NCBI RefSeq assembly: GCF_006345805.1
Contig: NC_042999.1
Span: forward strand, 26,102,001 to 26,166,000
Length of the DNA: 64,000 nucleotides
From: Octopus sinensis
Lineage: Eukaryota
Direction of reading: 5' to 3'
Shown here: positions 41,934-56,411 of the stretch, one piece after another
Layout of the letters: the number at the start of each line of letters is the position of its first letter
Numbering within the stretch: the first letter of the stretch is position 1
Notes under the pieces: model-generated
The model's input: the letters and a program-made list of their open reading frames with translations, nothing else
Databases searched by the model: none
Told to the model about the DNA's origin: nothing
Position numbers and translations under genes: made by a program

Positions 41934-43475
41934 TATATTATTATTATTATTAAAGACGTCACACAATATCCAATAAAATATTGTGATTTGCAGAGTGAAG
42001 ATATTGTGTCTAATGGGGTAGGGGGTTGTACTCACTGTTAAGCCACAACAAGGACCTCAGACAGTACTTTATGCAACATAAGAGCAGTTCGACGTAAAGC
42101 AGATTTTTGTGATATACCAATATTGCAGGGTACTTAAGATTTCATATGTTTCTTCAGCTTGGGTGCTATTGAATTCAATCCCGCTCAAAGTTTGTTTAAG
42201 GATAATAAAGGAAACACCCATGTTTCCAGAGACAAATTATTGAAACTCCAAAGAATTCCTCCCAACCCTAATTCCCCAGCCAACTCTGCTCGTGATCAGA
42301 GATGCACATATCGTCAATCACTAAGGGACATCCTCCATTTCTATTTCACTTCTCAGCGATCTCGATTTTACTTGCTGCGATTAATTGTGCAAGTTCAGAC
42401 GGTAACCTTTTGACAAGGATCTCACAGGATCTCTCTCGAGGGTACTTATCACCCAAGTATCAATCTCAAAATCGTTGTTCCCCTATGAAAGAAGTTTTCT
42501 GAACGTTCTGCCCTCATTTCAATCCCAACTTCTCTAACAAATTTCTCAAACCCGTTTCATAATATTTTTAATGTCCCTACAACTACTGGGATGACATTTA
42601 CTCCATAGGCCACATTCGTGCAATCTAATCTCTTACACATATATAAAATTTCATAATATCTCTTATTTACAAAAGTATTACGCAAGAACTGTGCTTCGAT
42701 CTGATATTCATGATATTTTCAAGAGTATTGTTAACGTTGTTGAAAATTACCGAAACAAGCAACTAAAATGCAGTTGTTGACAAGACTGACAAGTATCAGA
42801 CTGTTTTAATCTAAGAGTACTGTAAGGCAGAAATATAATACATTTAATAAAGTGTGTAAAACGATGGCTTCTCAGCTAGTAATTGAATGAAGTGAAATAT
42901 TTACAAGTGGAGATTTGAAGCAATATTCTCGCCCAATATTAGCTGTGTGTCGAGTAGTCTCTCAATAAGACTTTTTGAAGTATATGAATTAAGTCTGAAA
43001 AGAATTAAACCGCATTACATATAAGTCTAAGTTTACAGTATAGAAATGAAGAATGCCTGTGCTTTCATCCGTATGATGTTGGCTTAGGACTGGGATCTTT
43101 ATAAAACGCCATGACGCTTTGTGGAAACATATCTATGATTCAGTGATATAAATTATTCTGTTTGTTAATATTTACTTAGCAAACATTTCATTTTCTCTAT
43201 TTCATGTGTTAATATAAATTGCTTGCATGTTTCTGACTACTATTTCGACTCTGTTCGAGCACGTATTGTATAATTACGTATTCCGCTTTCATAAATTGCA
43301 GGTATGAATTGCATTTAGTGTGACATCATTAATTAATTACCAAATATATAAACATATGTTACAGATGAAATAAAGCTACACCAAGATCATAGCCATGTCC
43401 AGTTCTCTCAATATATTTGCGTGGGTGTTTGTAAGTCTCTCTCTCTCACTCTCTCTCTCTCTCTCTGTATATATA

Positions 43476-43573
<98 letters not shown>

Positions 43574-43925
43574 GTATATACAAATCTACAGGTGTTTCTC
43601 TTTCGTTCTCTCTAGGTATTTGTGACTGCAGATGCGCGTATGAGAGTGACGGGTTTGAGTCGGATGCGTGTGACGGGGCGCGTGTATTTGTGAGTGAGAG
43701 ATAAAAGAAGACTTGGCAAAGGGAAATTGATGTTGCAGACATTGGTGTTGATATGAGAAATAATTTGCAATTGCAACTACGGAGGAATGTAGTCAGTAAA
43801 TTTGAAGAACGAGAGCGGCTAAATTCCAGTCTTATCCTTAGATTATAAGTGAGTAACAATCAAATATCACTGCTCAAGTGAACAAAAGTATTTTAGGTTT
43901 TCGTGTGTTACAACTACTACTACTG

Positions 43926-44003
<78 letters not shown>

Positions 44004-44084
44004 TACTACTACTACTGTCCTGCATGCATATATGTACATATATATATATTTATTTGTATATGTGTATGTATGCATGTATCAGCA

Positions 44085-44300
44085 TGTGTTTGCGTCTGCC
44101 CCCACCTACTGTTTGGCGACCGATGGTTGTTTCTTTACATCTCCAAAAATTATAGTTTGGCAAAGCAAAATGAGGCCGATAGAATAAGTACAAGACTTTG
44201 AAAAAATAATGTACCGGGGCCGAATTCTTCGATTGAAACCTTCAAGACGATGCCCAAGCATGGATGTTGTCTAATGACTGCAACAAGTAAAAGATAAAAG
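44085..44300 (+). mobile_element. Degenerate 3' half of SINE family B
   Basis: ccgatagaataagtac..gtaccgggg..gcccaagcatgg..caagtaaaagataaaag matches the tail of 6916-7349. A similar fragment lies at 8390-8500. Confidence 0.65.
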
Positions 44301-44360
44301 ATAAGTGTTTGTATCTATACGTACATACATATGTGTGCGTGCGTGGAAGGACAAAGAGGA

Positions 44361-44391
<31 letters not shown>

Positions 44392-44398
44392 TACATAC

Positions 44399-44436
<38 letters not shown>

Positions 44437-44704
44437 GCACTCACGCGTACAAACGAACAAAAAGGAACGCAGTGTGATTAACTGACAGTCAAAACTATTG
44501 AAAAGGTTGCAAGACGCAACGAAAATCTTAGAAGAATAAAGAAGGAAATAAGTGGAAATTTTACCGGTGATTGTGTTACATTATAATGCACTAAAGGAAA
44601 ATGACTCTCCCCAAACACAAAAGTATATGCTTCAACATATGGACTCACGTAAGAATCTTGCAAACCAAATCCCAAAACGAAGTATATATGTATGCATGTA
44701 TATG

Positions 44705-44782
<78 letters not shown>

Positions 44783-45286
44783 TTCTAATATAAGGATAAC
44801 ATGTTTTCAAAATAAATTTTACCAGTGGCCAGCATATTAAAATATAAACAATTATAAATAAGGGCAAAAGAAAAATTATTGGCGTAGAATCTTTTCTTTT
44901 GTTAACTATTTATAGTACACACAAACTAACGCACACACACACATACACACACACATATATATATATATAATTCAAAAAGAGTTATTGGTTGTGAATCCAA
45001 CCAACTAAGGGATACAATATATATCCAATATACTGCTGGTAGTACACCCAATTATTAATATACACATGTGTTAGTTATTCCGTAGCAACACACTTTTGAG
45101 GATTGGGTGAGCATAAATAGTGGTTTACCCTTAATTTATACGGCAAAATGAAAATGGAAGGTACACAGAAATACTATACATCAACTGTTAGACATTATAT
45201 TATGTTTATTTATTTATTTTAAACAATTATGAGAGTATATATGCATATGTAAAGACTGTGTATTGCCATATATATATAATATATTA

Positions 45287-45319
<33 letters not shown>

Positions 45320-45471
45320 GGAATACTAAAAATGGGACAAGAACGCAAAGCATCCAGACAGATGATACAAAAAAGGGACAACAAAACATACAAACAGATG
45401 ATACAAAAAACCCCAAAAAAACAACAACGGATCATTCCACGTTTTCTTTCTTTAGTCGAGTTCCAGGTTAT

Positions 45472-45618
45472 CTTTGCAATTTCGGCTGGTTATGCTCGAT
45501 GTTTCTCCAATCTGGCCAGCCCAACGAAGAACTAAGTTAAGAGAACTAGATTCCTTGGAAGAAAGCAGCGAAGGGCAGATTGGAACAATCTCGCGTATAA
45601 CCAGCCGAAATTGCAAAG
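45472..45618. repeat. Short imperfect inverted repeat (arms about 45 bp)
   Basis: ctttgcaatttcggctggttat..ccaatctg pairs with cagattgg..ataaccagccgaaattgcaaag. Confidence 0.8.
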
Positions 45619-48182
45619 GTTTGAGATGCAGCATCATTTAACAAAGTGGGTTGGGATATTTCAGTATTGCAAAAGCTAAATTTTCATATTTTCATTATGC
45701 AAGTTTAACTGTGCGGTATATGTTATTTAGAGAGTGTTTCAATGTAAGGAGGAAAATGTGTTCTTTTAAAAACAATAAATATTTACATTATTTATGCTCC
45801 ACTTCGGACACCTAATGATGAATACTTCTAGTGTCTCTAACTTGTTATAATTATTTAAGCAGTATTTTCTCTGTCATTATTTAGGTAAGAATGCTGCCTT
45901 ATTTTTGAGTGTACATAAGTGTATATTTCTACTATCTTAAATTATAGGGAGTATGAATATGGAGTTGTCTTAGCGACGCCACATGTTTTAAAACAACGCA
46001 CCATTCACAACGAAGGTAAGCATAACAGATTGTATTTTTTCTTGACGGCGCGTTAAAATATTTAGCAGGTTGCTTATATTCATTTTCCATTCTCTTTTTT
46101 TCTTCTTCTTCTAAATAGGGAAAACTATAACCGAATGTTTTCTAGTCCTAACAACTCCGCGTTTTCTAGTTAGAGTAAGTTACGATTTGAGATATATTTG
46201 AAAGTTATCAAAAGCAGGTTGAGCAACAACGTCTTTAAAGTGATGCTGATTATGATGATGATTTTCATGTTAAAGATACTCCATATTCTCTTTGGTGAGT
46301 AGAGTAGACGATAGTATGATGCTTATGGCAAAACAAATTTACTCAAAGTTATAACCCTTGGGTCAGGCTCCGAAAGCTTTACGGAAATGCTTGAATAACA
46401 TAACTCTGAATATTCCTTTATATATAATTATAAATATGGTATAAAATCAGAAGCCATAGTCTTGTGACGTCAACCTGAAGGGCCATTGCAATCTTATTTT
46501 CTTTTAGTTCTCATTGGTGATCTTCGGTGAATGTATGGAATTTTATGTAAGATTAATATTTCCTTTTATGTCTCACATATGTTCAATGAAAATCGCCCAC
46601 CTGGTCTCCTTGTACATTACATATTTGATTATGTTTCTAGAACTAAGATGCAAATATGAATGACATGTAATTGACATTTACTGAAAGAGGCATTATGTGT
46701 TTCGTATAGACAGATGAGTAGTCACCATGAAACTATCCTAGATACAAAAACAAAGAAATAGAGGGATAGAAGTCATCCAGGAGACTGAGATCTAACCCGA
46801 ACGCTTACAACACGTTGGATTAGGTTGAATGTGTCAGAGAGTCAGGTGGTTATGCGTTAATTACCCAAGTACTTAAAAGTCTACTTACCTTAAGTACCAA
46901 AGAACTAAAACTCTCCTTCTAAGGAGATTTCGACATACATTCTATCTACCTAAAATGGCACATAATACTTAAGTAAACTGGCGTCTGTCATAGAAGATCT
47001 TTGATTGACGTGTCACACGAAAGAATTGAATCCTAAATGAGGTTGTAATGGTGTAATTTTTTTTATCACATATCTATGCATGTATCTGCAGATCAAAATA
47101 GCATCATAATCAACAGTTTGGGAAGCTTGTATTATCGATATATTTTATGTAGTTCAACCATAAAATTTTTTACTCGCTAAAGTGCTAAGCTCAAAGTATT
47201 TATAAGTTACCTTCCAGACTGTATTTTCAGATTATTTAGAAATCATCTGATAGACAGATAAACTGAATTAAGTGAACAGACTTTGAGTACTATTTTGTTC
47301 TAGTTATATATTTATGCATCGATCTGCTCAAATCACATCTATTTATTGAACAAATCCATCCTAGAGCTAATTCTAAAATTTATAAGTTCACAGTTGCTAA
47401 GGCGTTGGAATTCTTACTTCTTGTGAAAAAAACGTCGCCATAATCCATCACTCATGTACACAGGCGTGGAAATACTTGTTTCAGTTTAAATATTCACGAA
47501 TCTCTTTTTGTTGTGGAATGGTCTTTTTCAGCAATTTTCCCAAAGAAAAAGAAAAATCTCTAGTTAAAATGCAGCCTCTACGCATTTCGTGACACGTTCG
47601 AAATATCAGCTAGATTTCCCTCAGATGATATCTTGGCGTCTTATGAAGGAATATCGTTGTAAATAATAACATTGGGCGAAGAAAAAAGAAAGAAAAGAGA
47701 TGGTTTGTTTAGGAGATGAATGCCTTTTATCATGTACTGCTCAATCAATGCTGACTTCAGAAAAAGAGAAAAAATAAAAGAGAAAAGAATCGAAATAGAA
47801 AAGATGGAATATCTAGAATAACCTTCTCTTAGTATATTTATCTTCTAAACGAAACCGTATAATGTTTACGAGACAAAGCGCGAACAAATACACTAACAAT
47901 AATAGCAGTATCTATAATATTCTACGATTATTGATCGCGATAAAATAGCCAGAATCTCAAAATAAACAAAAAGATGAAATACAAGACGATATACGACCAG
48001 AAGCGTATTTTGACGCTTTCTTTGTCGTTTATAGGAACGATGCTATGAAACTGATTCGATACTGAACACAACAGAAATTTCAAATGGACTTTATTGTGAA
48101 GGTCATTTTGTGTGTGTGCATGTGTGTGCATGTGACTGTATGTTGGTGTGTGTGCGCGGGTATGTGTGTGTGCATGTACGTG

Positions 48183-48257
<75 letters not shown>

Positions 48258-49119
48258 TTATATAACTTCATCTTACAATCGGAGAATCTTATGCATAAAT
48301 TTTATTTCCCTCCTTTCACAGGAATATTTTAAAATCAACATAATGCATCTACATGTATAAATATTTTGTGTCACTATATATAGATTCATTATTAATAATT
48401 CCTTTTTGTAGTAGGTTACAAGACCACCTAGATACAGGCAAATACGCAGCATAAATACAACTGCAAACACTATACACTGACATACCTTCACCCATACTGC
48501 ATACAGGAATTCAACTGAGATAGAATTTGAAATATATTTGTCTCAGTTGCTTGTACAAATCTATATTCGGTCAGTTGTTATGCCTCTGTTGCTAAAGTAA
48601 GTTGGTTGGTGACGACATAAGAAAATAGGTGCAGACGTATTGAAGGTGCCATGTACCGTGGTTGCAGTTGAAGTTGGAGATGTGTTTAACGTCTGAAGCA
48701 ACAATGATGTAAAAGCAGTGATAATATTAGCCAGTGCTAATGTTCCGCTGTTTAGTGGAGGTTTTATAAAAGCTGGTGCATCAGATCTGAACGGTAGTTA
48801 CCTTAACTCTTCCATATATAAAAGTAAAATATGACTTTACTTTCATGGGTGGATGAATAAAATCTAACCACTTATTATTTTACACGCACTCATGCACACA
48901 CACACACACGCACACACAAACACATACAGACACAAACACAAGCACACACTACAAATGTATATATATATATATATTCTACTTGAAACCATGAAACCGTAAA
49001 ATGTTTAAGAGACAAACCGCGAACACACCAACAATAATAGCCGCCTCTCTCTCTCTTTTGTATATATGTATGAATACGTATTTATATATATATATATATA
49101 TATAATATATATATATATA

Positions 49120-49177
<58 letters not shown>

Positions 49178-49642
49178 TATATATATATGTATGTATGTAT
49201 GTATGTATCTAGCTATCTATCTATCTATCTATATATATATACACATACAAATATATATATATATATGTATGTATACATGTGTGTTTATATATTTTTCCAT
49301 GTGCATATATGTATATATATATATAAGCATATATACACACATGCATATGTGTGCATATATATTTTCGCTCGTCTGTATATATGTATATACATACACAAGC
49401 ACACATACATATATGCATATTTAATTTTCATTCGAATTGTGGTAGTGAACAGCTAGTTGATGTACGGCAAAATATATTGACAGCTTAATGTATGCGATGA
49501 TATAAAAATAACTGAAAGGCGAATATAAAAGTATGACTGAACGTGTCTTCAACATTCGTGCTACGTCCTCTCCGTAGTGCATTCAGTTTTAATTAAAGAA
49601 CGCAGAGAGCAATAAAAATGATTTGAGGAAATGTGAAAATGT

Positions 49643-49694
<52 letters not shown>

Positions 49695-50658
49695 GTAGGT
49701 ATATATATCTTGATATATATATATTTATATATATGTGCATGTATGTATACTTTATGTGAGTGGCTGTTGCTGTTGCAATGCTTTTGTTCCTCTTCCAGAG
49801 TCTGTTAGGAACAGATAACATTATTTCACTGTATTTAATAGTATTGATGACGTTCTTTTAATTACAATTAACTATTGTTTGAATCCATAATCCGCACTGC
49901 ATGTGTAGATATACATGTATAAATATATACATACAAATATATTTACAAGTGTGGGTTTGTGTGTGTGTATGTGTGTGTGTGTTTGTGTGTGCACGTGTAG
50001 GTGTGTGTGTTTGTGTGTCCGTACATATCTGTATACGTATATGTATATTTGGTCGCTTTAGAAGGTATAAGCAAAACTACATCGGATTAAAAATGTGTGA
50101 TATAAAGTGAAATACATGCATTCATACAAATGCACCTACGCACACACACACGTAACCACGCTCCTATTTGGAAGGATATGTGATTGTTGCCGCTTTTATG
50201 GAGTAATACGTTTCTATTGTTGCCTTCTGGTTTCCAGGTAATCAGAATGTCATTTTTTTTTAATGTCATGTCGGATTTTGGTAAAATGTTTGATTCTTAA
50301 GGGTATCATCGTATCTCATTTACAATCGTTACCAGTTGATACTTAGCAATTGGTCTAGGCTCTTTGTAAACTGGGATGATTTTAGTAAAACAAGTGAACA
50401 AAAATAAATCTATTATTCATATTATACGTATATTATAACGTCGTTTATCGCATACAGATCACAAGATGTATACATGCATACATACATACCTATACATACA
50501 CGCACACATACAGACACACACACACGCACATATATATATATATCAATAATAATAAAAGAACAAAATTAATTAATTAATTAATCAATTAATTAATAATTAA
50601 TAATTTTACCAAGTAGTTCAGTACGTTAAAATAACCTTTTTAGGTAAAATTATACATG

Positions 50659-50971
50659 TATTCTATAATTATAAACATAATTATAATCAGGGGTCAGCTA
50701 ATTGCTTCACCCCGCACCGAATTTAAAAATAGGAGTTAAAATGTTTTTTCCTGCTACTGCAAAGAGTACCCACTTTTTTACTTAAGCAAAAAGAAAAAAA
50801 AATAACGAATACACAAGACTCAGATTAGCTAAATACGCGTTTCGAGTAAAAAAAAAATGTGTTACGGTTGGGGAGACCTTTTTGGTAGCAGAAAAGGCAT
50901 GTTAACTCCAAAATTCGGTGCGTGGCGAAGCAATTAACTGACCCCTGATTATAATTATGTTTATATTTATA

Positions 50972-50976
<5 letters not shown>
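50659..50976. mobile_element. MITE-like element with long terminal inverted repeats
   Basis: tattctataattataaacataattataatcaggggtcagctaattgcttc..gcaccgaattt..ggagttaa pairs with ttaactccaaaattcggtgc..gaagcaattaactgacccctgattataattatgtttatatttatagaata. No ORF. Confidence 0.8.
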
Positions 50977-51043
<67 letters not shown>

Positions 51044-51130
51044 GGGAAAGTTTACGAAAAAAACAAAAGACGAAGACAGGTGGTGTACAAAACAAACAGA
51101 TGTATTAGTATAACGTTCAGGAATAGAAAA

Positions 51131-51175
51131 GTGTCTTTTTACGTTTCGAGCCTACGCTCTTCTACAGAAAGGGAC
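51131..51175 (-). ncRNA. Minimal hammerhead-like variant
   Basis: Minus strand reads ttt-CTGTAGA-A-GAGC-gtag-GCTC-GAAAC-GTA-aaaagac. Stem II is perfect, stem III is the palindrome ACGT, the triplet is GUA, and A6 is replaced by U. Confidence 0.55.
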
Positions 51176-51423
51176 ACAGAAAAAACAAGGAGAGAAAAAA
51201 ATGTGTGTAGTGGCTAACGATCTATCATGGCGATAGTGAGGGATCATCAATCCGCCCCTAATACTCCTACTAGTAATACTACTGCTACTTCTGCTTAATA
51301 CCACTCCCTCAATTGCTACCAGTCTTTGTAACTTGCCTTTCAACTTTTCTATTTAAACACCCCAATCTGCCCACTATTTCGCGATTCAATACCCATTCTT
51401 AAAGTGTTCTAATAATCTCCAGC

Positions 51424-51525
51424 AATGGCTCTGACGAAGGTATCATTAAGTTTCTTAGGTATTTCAATTTACCTCAATTTAGTAAACCTACATATAATGA
51501 CTACTAGAAACAGGTGTAAGCAAAA
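51424..51525 (+). ncRNA. Type I hammerhead-like motif
   Basis: gct-CTGACGA at 51431-51437, stem II GTATCATTA/TAATGACTAC, GAAA at 51507-51510, near-palindromic ACAGGTGT, GTA triplet, then agc pairing with gct. Confidence 0.55.
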
Positions 51526-51572
51526 TCTACTATAATAACTGAATCTTATGTAATGACCATTATTTTAACTTG

Positions 51573-51605
<33 letters not shown>

Positions 51606-51620
51606 GCACATATATACGTG

Positions 51621-51661
<41 letters not shown>

Positions 51662-51849
51662 TTTTATTTTTGTCTGAATGTGTGTGTGTATGTGTGTGCA
51701 CAAATACATAAATGACGTATATGAGAGATTTAATATTTAGATGTCGTAAAGCCTCAGTGAGTTTACATAATAATTAAATTGCAAACGCACCCTTTTTATA
51801 TTCTTGTTATGTGGTAAAATGAATGGCTTCTACTGATGAAACGTTTGAT

Positions 51850-52727
51850 ACGTTGTAGAATCTTAGAGAAGATGTACTTCTATTCACTATTCAATCAGAA
51901 ACAAACATCAGCTGCTTATAAATCATATATGACTCAAGGTGACACTTTGGTAGGTAGCATAATTTAGATATCTGTGCTTCTGGCGGATGGTTATAAATTT
52001 AACATTGTCTACTCATGTGCAACGCTGCGTCAGTAATATGAAGCTTAATTGAGACTGAAATACTGATGTGTAGATTAAAGAAATGCATCCTCCTGACGAA
52101 CTAGTTGATTGGTCGTTGAACGCTGTCGTCAGAGTGCCTGTTCTTCAATATAATTAAAAGTGTGTTTGAAGAATATTTGCCATCAATACTCGAGCACAAG
52201 CTCATTGTACCAGCAATGTTCCAAATTCTTTTAATTTCGCTATGCTTTCATTCCATGGATTGAAGCAATCATCGAGGTAACTTTTCCAAGTCGCTTGTAT
52301 GTTTAAAGAAAAAGTTTCCACATTTTCGCTGTGATCTTTGGTGCACCGAATATCCAAAGGACACATAAAAAGACACGCAAATGGGGAGATTGTTTTCGCC
52401 GTGGCGATGTCCAAGATTTTATTGAAAATGTTGCCGTTGAACATAAAATTCTTGTTCTCTACTATAAATTCTTACCCTTATATCACGACATTTTTATGCA
52501 CTAAGTCGGTTCACCTGTATAATTATCCAACCATAATTTAATGGCCTCAATTCCTAAGTTGTGTGATTGTATTCGGAAGTTGGTTTTCCTTATTTAAGTT
52601 ATTCCGTTTGAAACTTTTGACGTCCTTGATGATTGACTTCGGGAAGGATATCTGAAATTTACTCGGACAGTAAGATTCGCATGCTTGACTAGCTATTATT
52701 GGTGATAATTTCAGATCATTTGTGAAG

Positions 52728-52730
<3 letters not shown>
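51850..52730 (-). mobile_element. Second Penelope-like RT fragment of a different lineage, degenerate
   Basis: Minus-strand peptides: DLKLSPIIASQAC, HNLGIEAIKLWLDNY, FIVENKNFMFNG..ATAKTISPFACLFM (compare GTAMGTxxAPxYAxLFM), WKSYLDDCFNPWNESIAKLKEF, HRYLNY. Confidence 0.78.
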
Positions 52731-52776
<46 letters not shown>

Positions 52777-55700
52777 TATATATATATGAGATTGTGTGTC
52801 CTCTGCATAATTCATTGTATAGTTAATTTACTTTCGTTAACCTTTAGTATTTAGAGTTTCGTTTACAGCTAAATGTTGTGATATAGACATATTTATTCTC
52901 GCTTACTCCTTCCCGTAAAAAAACTTGTGAGCTCCTTGAAAGAGCGATTTAACTTCAATTTTATTTCAATATATATTCCCTTTTATTTCAGCATATCTAT
53001 ATCGTCTTTTTAAGCGACTGAAATTGGAGAACATCATAACATGTATAATTTTTAAAAATACATTTTTTAAAATCTAAATCACCGGAGACTTCATTCGTCA
53101 AAACTAAAATTAAATTGATATATATAATTAGTAATACACTCCTTTTCTGTTTACTAAAATAGCTCAGTCGTGTTATTAGCGGATTTGTAGTGGCATTTGT
53201 TTAGTTGTTTGTTAGTTTTTCGATTGATACATAAGAAATACAGATTGTTACAACCTAAAACTAAAATATTGTACACCCCATATTAGAATGTACAGTTATG
53301 CATAGAATACTGGACATCTCGATATTGAGAGGATGTAGGTTTCTATGCAGTGTTAGGCAGCCCTCAAGTCTGCAAATATCAATATTGTTGAGTTGCACGT
53401 ACACCGGTTATTAAATTTTTAAGAGTACACATACACATCCCCCACAAACACACTCTCCCACGCACATGCACATATATACACATACACACGTAAACACAGG
53501 CAAATATAACCATGCCACACACACATATACTCTCACATTCACCCACCCATACACGTACCAGTGCACACACATTTGTTTATATTTTTTCCGATTCTGTTTT
53601 TATAATTTCAATTATTACTATAGAAAAGGTTTCTGTTTTCAATCACCATATTCTGAAAATCTCTTATTTTCAGGTTTTTATATTCTGTTATTTTCTCCAT
53701 TTATATGAGATGTCTTGAAAATTAATATATCGATTAGGTTAGCATTTTCCTGATGATGTTTTATATTAACGTCAAGGCTATATATCGTAATTTAGATGTC
53801 TAAGTGAACCAGCATTTCTCAGAGTGTGATCATATTGACTTTATGTATAGACTCCAAATTAGTGGTATTCTTTGTAAATTATGAAGCCCCTCACCCCTTC
53901 ATGTATAGAATTTCTTTTGTCTAAAACTTGGTATCTATTACAACAGTTATTCATTTTCATTATAACCTTCATATATTCTATAGTTTTATTTTGAATTCTA
54001 CAGCAGGGTGTATACTTTGTAGTTTCTGGCATGCGGGCTTTTGCTTTGTGGTGTTAAATAGATATTATGTTTCAGCTTCTACTTATTGAGTCTCAAGTTG
54101 TTTCTCAGTATCCAAATCCACTTGGTCGATAGACATGTAGGAGCCTTTCTTGGCCACATATTAGTTTAGCAGCTAATATTCTCAGTTTAATCACTAGTTT
54201 GTAGATTCCTCACTACTTCCACTAAATCTTCCATATGAAAATATAATAGAAAGGTCTCTACGACATAGTTGCTTCTCGGAAGATTCAAAACAGTCTTCCT
54301 TTGGTCACTTTTTTGCACCCAATATATTTGTCTGCTTTTATGTTATAGTCTAATATGGGATATTCCAAAATAGCTTTCTAGTAGCCTAAGGTCTACATCA
54401 ATATGTGCTGAGGATAAAAAAAGATAGATTTTCTTCTGATATCGGGTGTGTTCAATCTATATTATATTATTGATGTCGATTTCATTTCTCACATTGATAA
54501 TTTATTGACAATCTAGTATAAATGTTATTAAAATGACTTATTAGAAAAATGTTTATGTTAACTACTATTATTACAATGATATTGTTACCTTCTCTTCGTT
54601 GTTATTAATTTTGCCTCTTCATCATTGTTGTTGATTTTGTTATTGCAACCATAGTTTTCAATGGTGGCGTTTTCCAAAGTTTATTTTTTGTCTTTTTCTT
54701 ACGGGTTTGCTTTATGAGTACGAAATATTTTGGTGCATTTTATCAATTTTGGATGTCGTAGGTTGCAACTGTTACTTATTTTATCTACTCTGAAGGCATG
54801 AAAGCGAAATTCTACTTTGGCGGAATTTGAACTCAGTACATGAAGACATACGAAATGCCCCGAAGTATTTTGACCGCAACGGTAACGTTCTTCCAGCTCG
54901 CCGCCTCATGTATAGTTAAATATTAAGTTTATATCGGGTTCTTAATAAAGAAAAGTTTTGCCTCCTTGCTTAATTAATGATAAATGTTACACATCTCTCA
55001 ACAAAAACATTTTCAATTTGTCCACGCACGAGGAAACGACGTATGCAAAGATTTGCTAGGCAGTGCAGCTACTTTATATAGCTGCGCTAATATTTATATC
55101 ATAAAACATGGGGATGACACAAAACGACCGTTGTTACAATATGCATAGCAGGTGAGCTACGAAACTTTTGATAGCCCTTCCTGAAACTGAACATTTTGGG
55201 AACCATACTTACTTGTGAGGGCAGGGACACAATGCAATATTACGAGTGATGTAGATTAGAAAGCGCATCTCTTGCACATGTGTCAATAAAATATACTTAA
55301 GATCATTCTGATACTGTGGAGAAAAACAGAAGTTCAGCAACGAAGTACTCTACCATGTGTTTTTTTTTCCAGTACACCGCCAGTAACACTACAGGTTAGA
55401 GCTGCGAAAGTAGTGTAAGAAATGTCAGGAATCAAGACCTTCCTTTGCTTCGACGAAGAAATGTAGCCTTGTAAGGATGAGAAGATGGAGAATAAGTTAG
55501 ATTTCCTCTTTCTGTGGGACAGTGGAAGAAAAGTAACATGAATAGATAAACAGCTGAATAATATAATCTATTAAAATTAAATGGAACCTAAACGCAACTC
55601 ATGCGATGGAGAGCACATTTCCATTTGGAACTGCATACAGGTCACAGTTCTTCAGGTAGGGGACAAAGAACTGAGGAACGAATTCACAGAGCAACAGGAA

Positions 55701-55965
55701 TATGGAAGCAAAACATAATGTAGGATTATATGAGAAAAGAGGATCAAGCAGCTGATAGATTATTATTAAGAACCAATATAGTGCCTCTTACATGCGGAGA
55801 CTCCTGACCTGGTCACGGGCATATTGGAGGCGATAAATCAGGGTGCCCTGATAAAATATGATTGGAAGGTACCCATCCTTGTGTGGATTAGCAACCACAA
55901 TTTTTGTTCTCTGTATCTGTACTCTTATTTGTTTACATGTATCCACTATATATAAATTGTAAATT

Positions 55966-56150
55966 CCTCTTCTCCTCTGGAAGCCATCTACTCGCGATAC
56001 CAGAGGGCGCACACTCTCCTACCCTGATGTAATCTCCAGGGATACAGGCATCCAAACAGGACCTCCGTAATGCTATGATGGACCGTAAAGTCTGGCGTGG
56101 CATAGTAAATTCCATTGTCTCGACCACGGTCGAACAATGATGATGATGAT
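55966..56150 (+). mobile_element. 5'-truncated 3' end of an RTE-type LINE with (TGA)n tail
   Basis: LLLWKPSTRDTRGRTLSYPDVISRDTG, then after a frameshift QDLRNAMMDRKVWRGIVNSIVSTTVEQ* followed by tgatgatgat. Confidence 0.7.
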
Positions 56151-56324
56151 ATACAAATACATAGTCTAATTCCCTAATGTTTATATTTGTAACAGTTAAC
56201 AATGAAAAACCGTACTCTGCCTCTCGGTTTTGTACCGTATCATATTTGTATGGTGAAATGCTTTGATAAAACATCCAATACAAGGCTCCTTTCCCCCTTT
56301 CCTCTCTCGTCTTCCTGAGTATAT

Positions 56325-56411
<87 letters not shown>

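Noticed and set aside
43616-43689. AG/GT-bounded segment encoding ICDCRCAYESDGFESDAC
   Set aside because: The EGF resemblance is weak, the sequence looks like degenerate GT/GA repeat, and no compatible neighbouring exon was found.
45948-46015. Candidate 68 nt exon (EYEYGVVLATPHVLKQRTIHNE) with a gtaagc donor
   Set aside because: Such segments are expected by chance in 64 kb, and there is no homology or phase-compatible partner.
53990-54370. Possible CR1/L2 RT remnant on the minus strand (similar hint ENYRP at about 56740)
   Set aside because: Too degenerate to support by eye; it needs a profile search.
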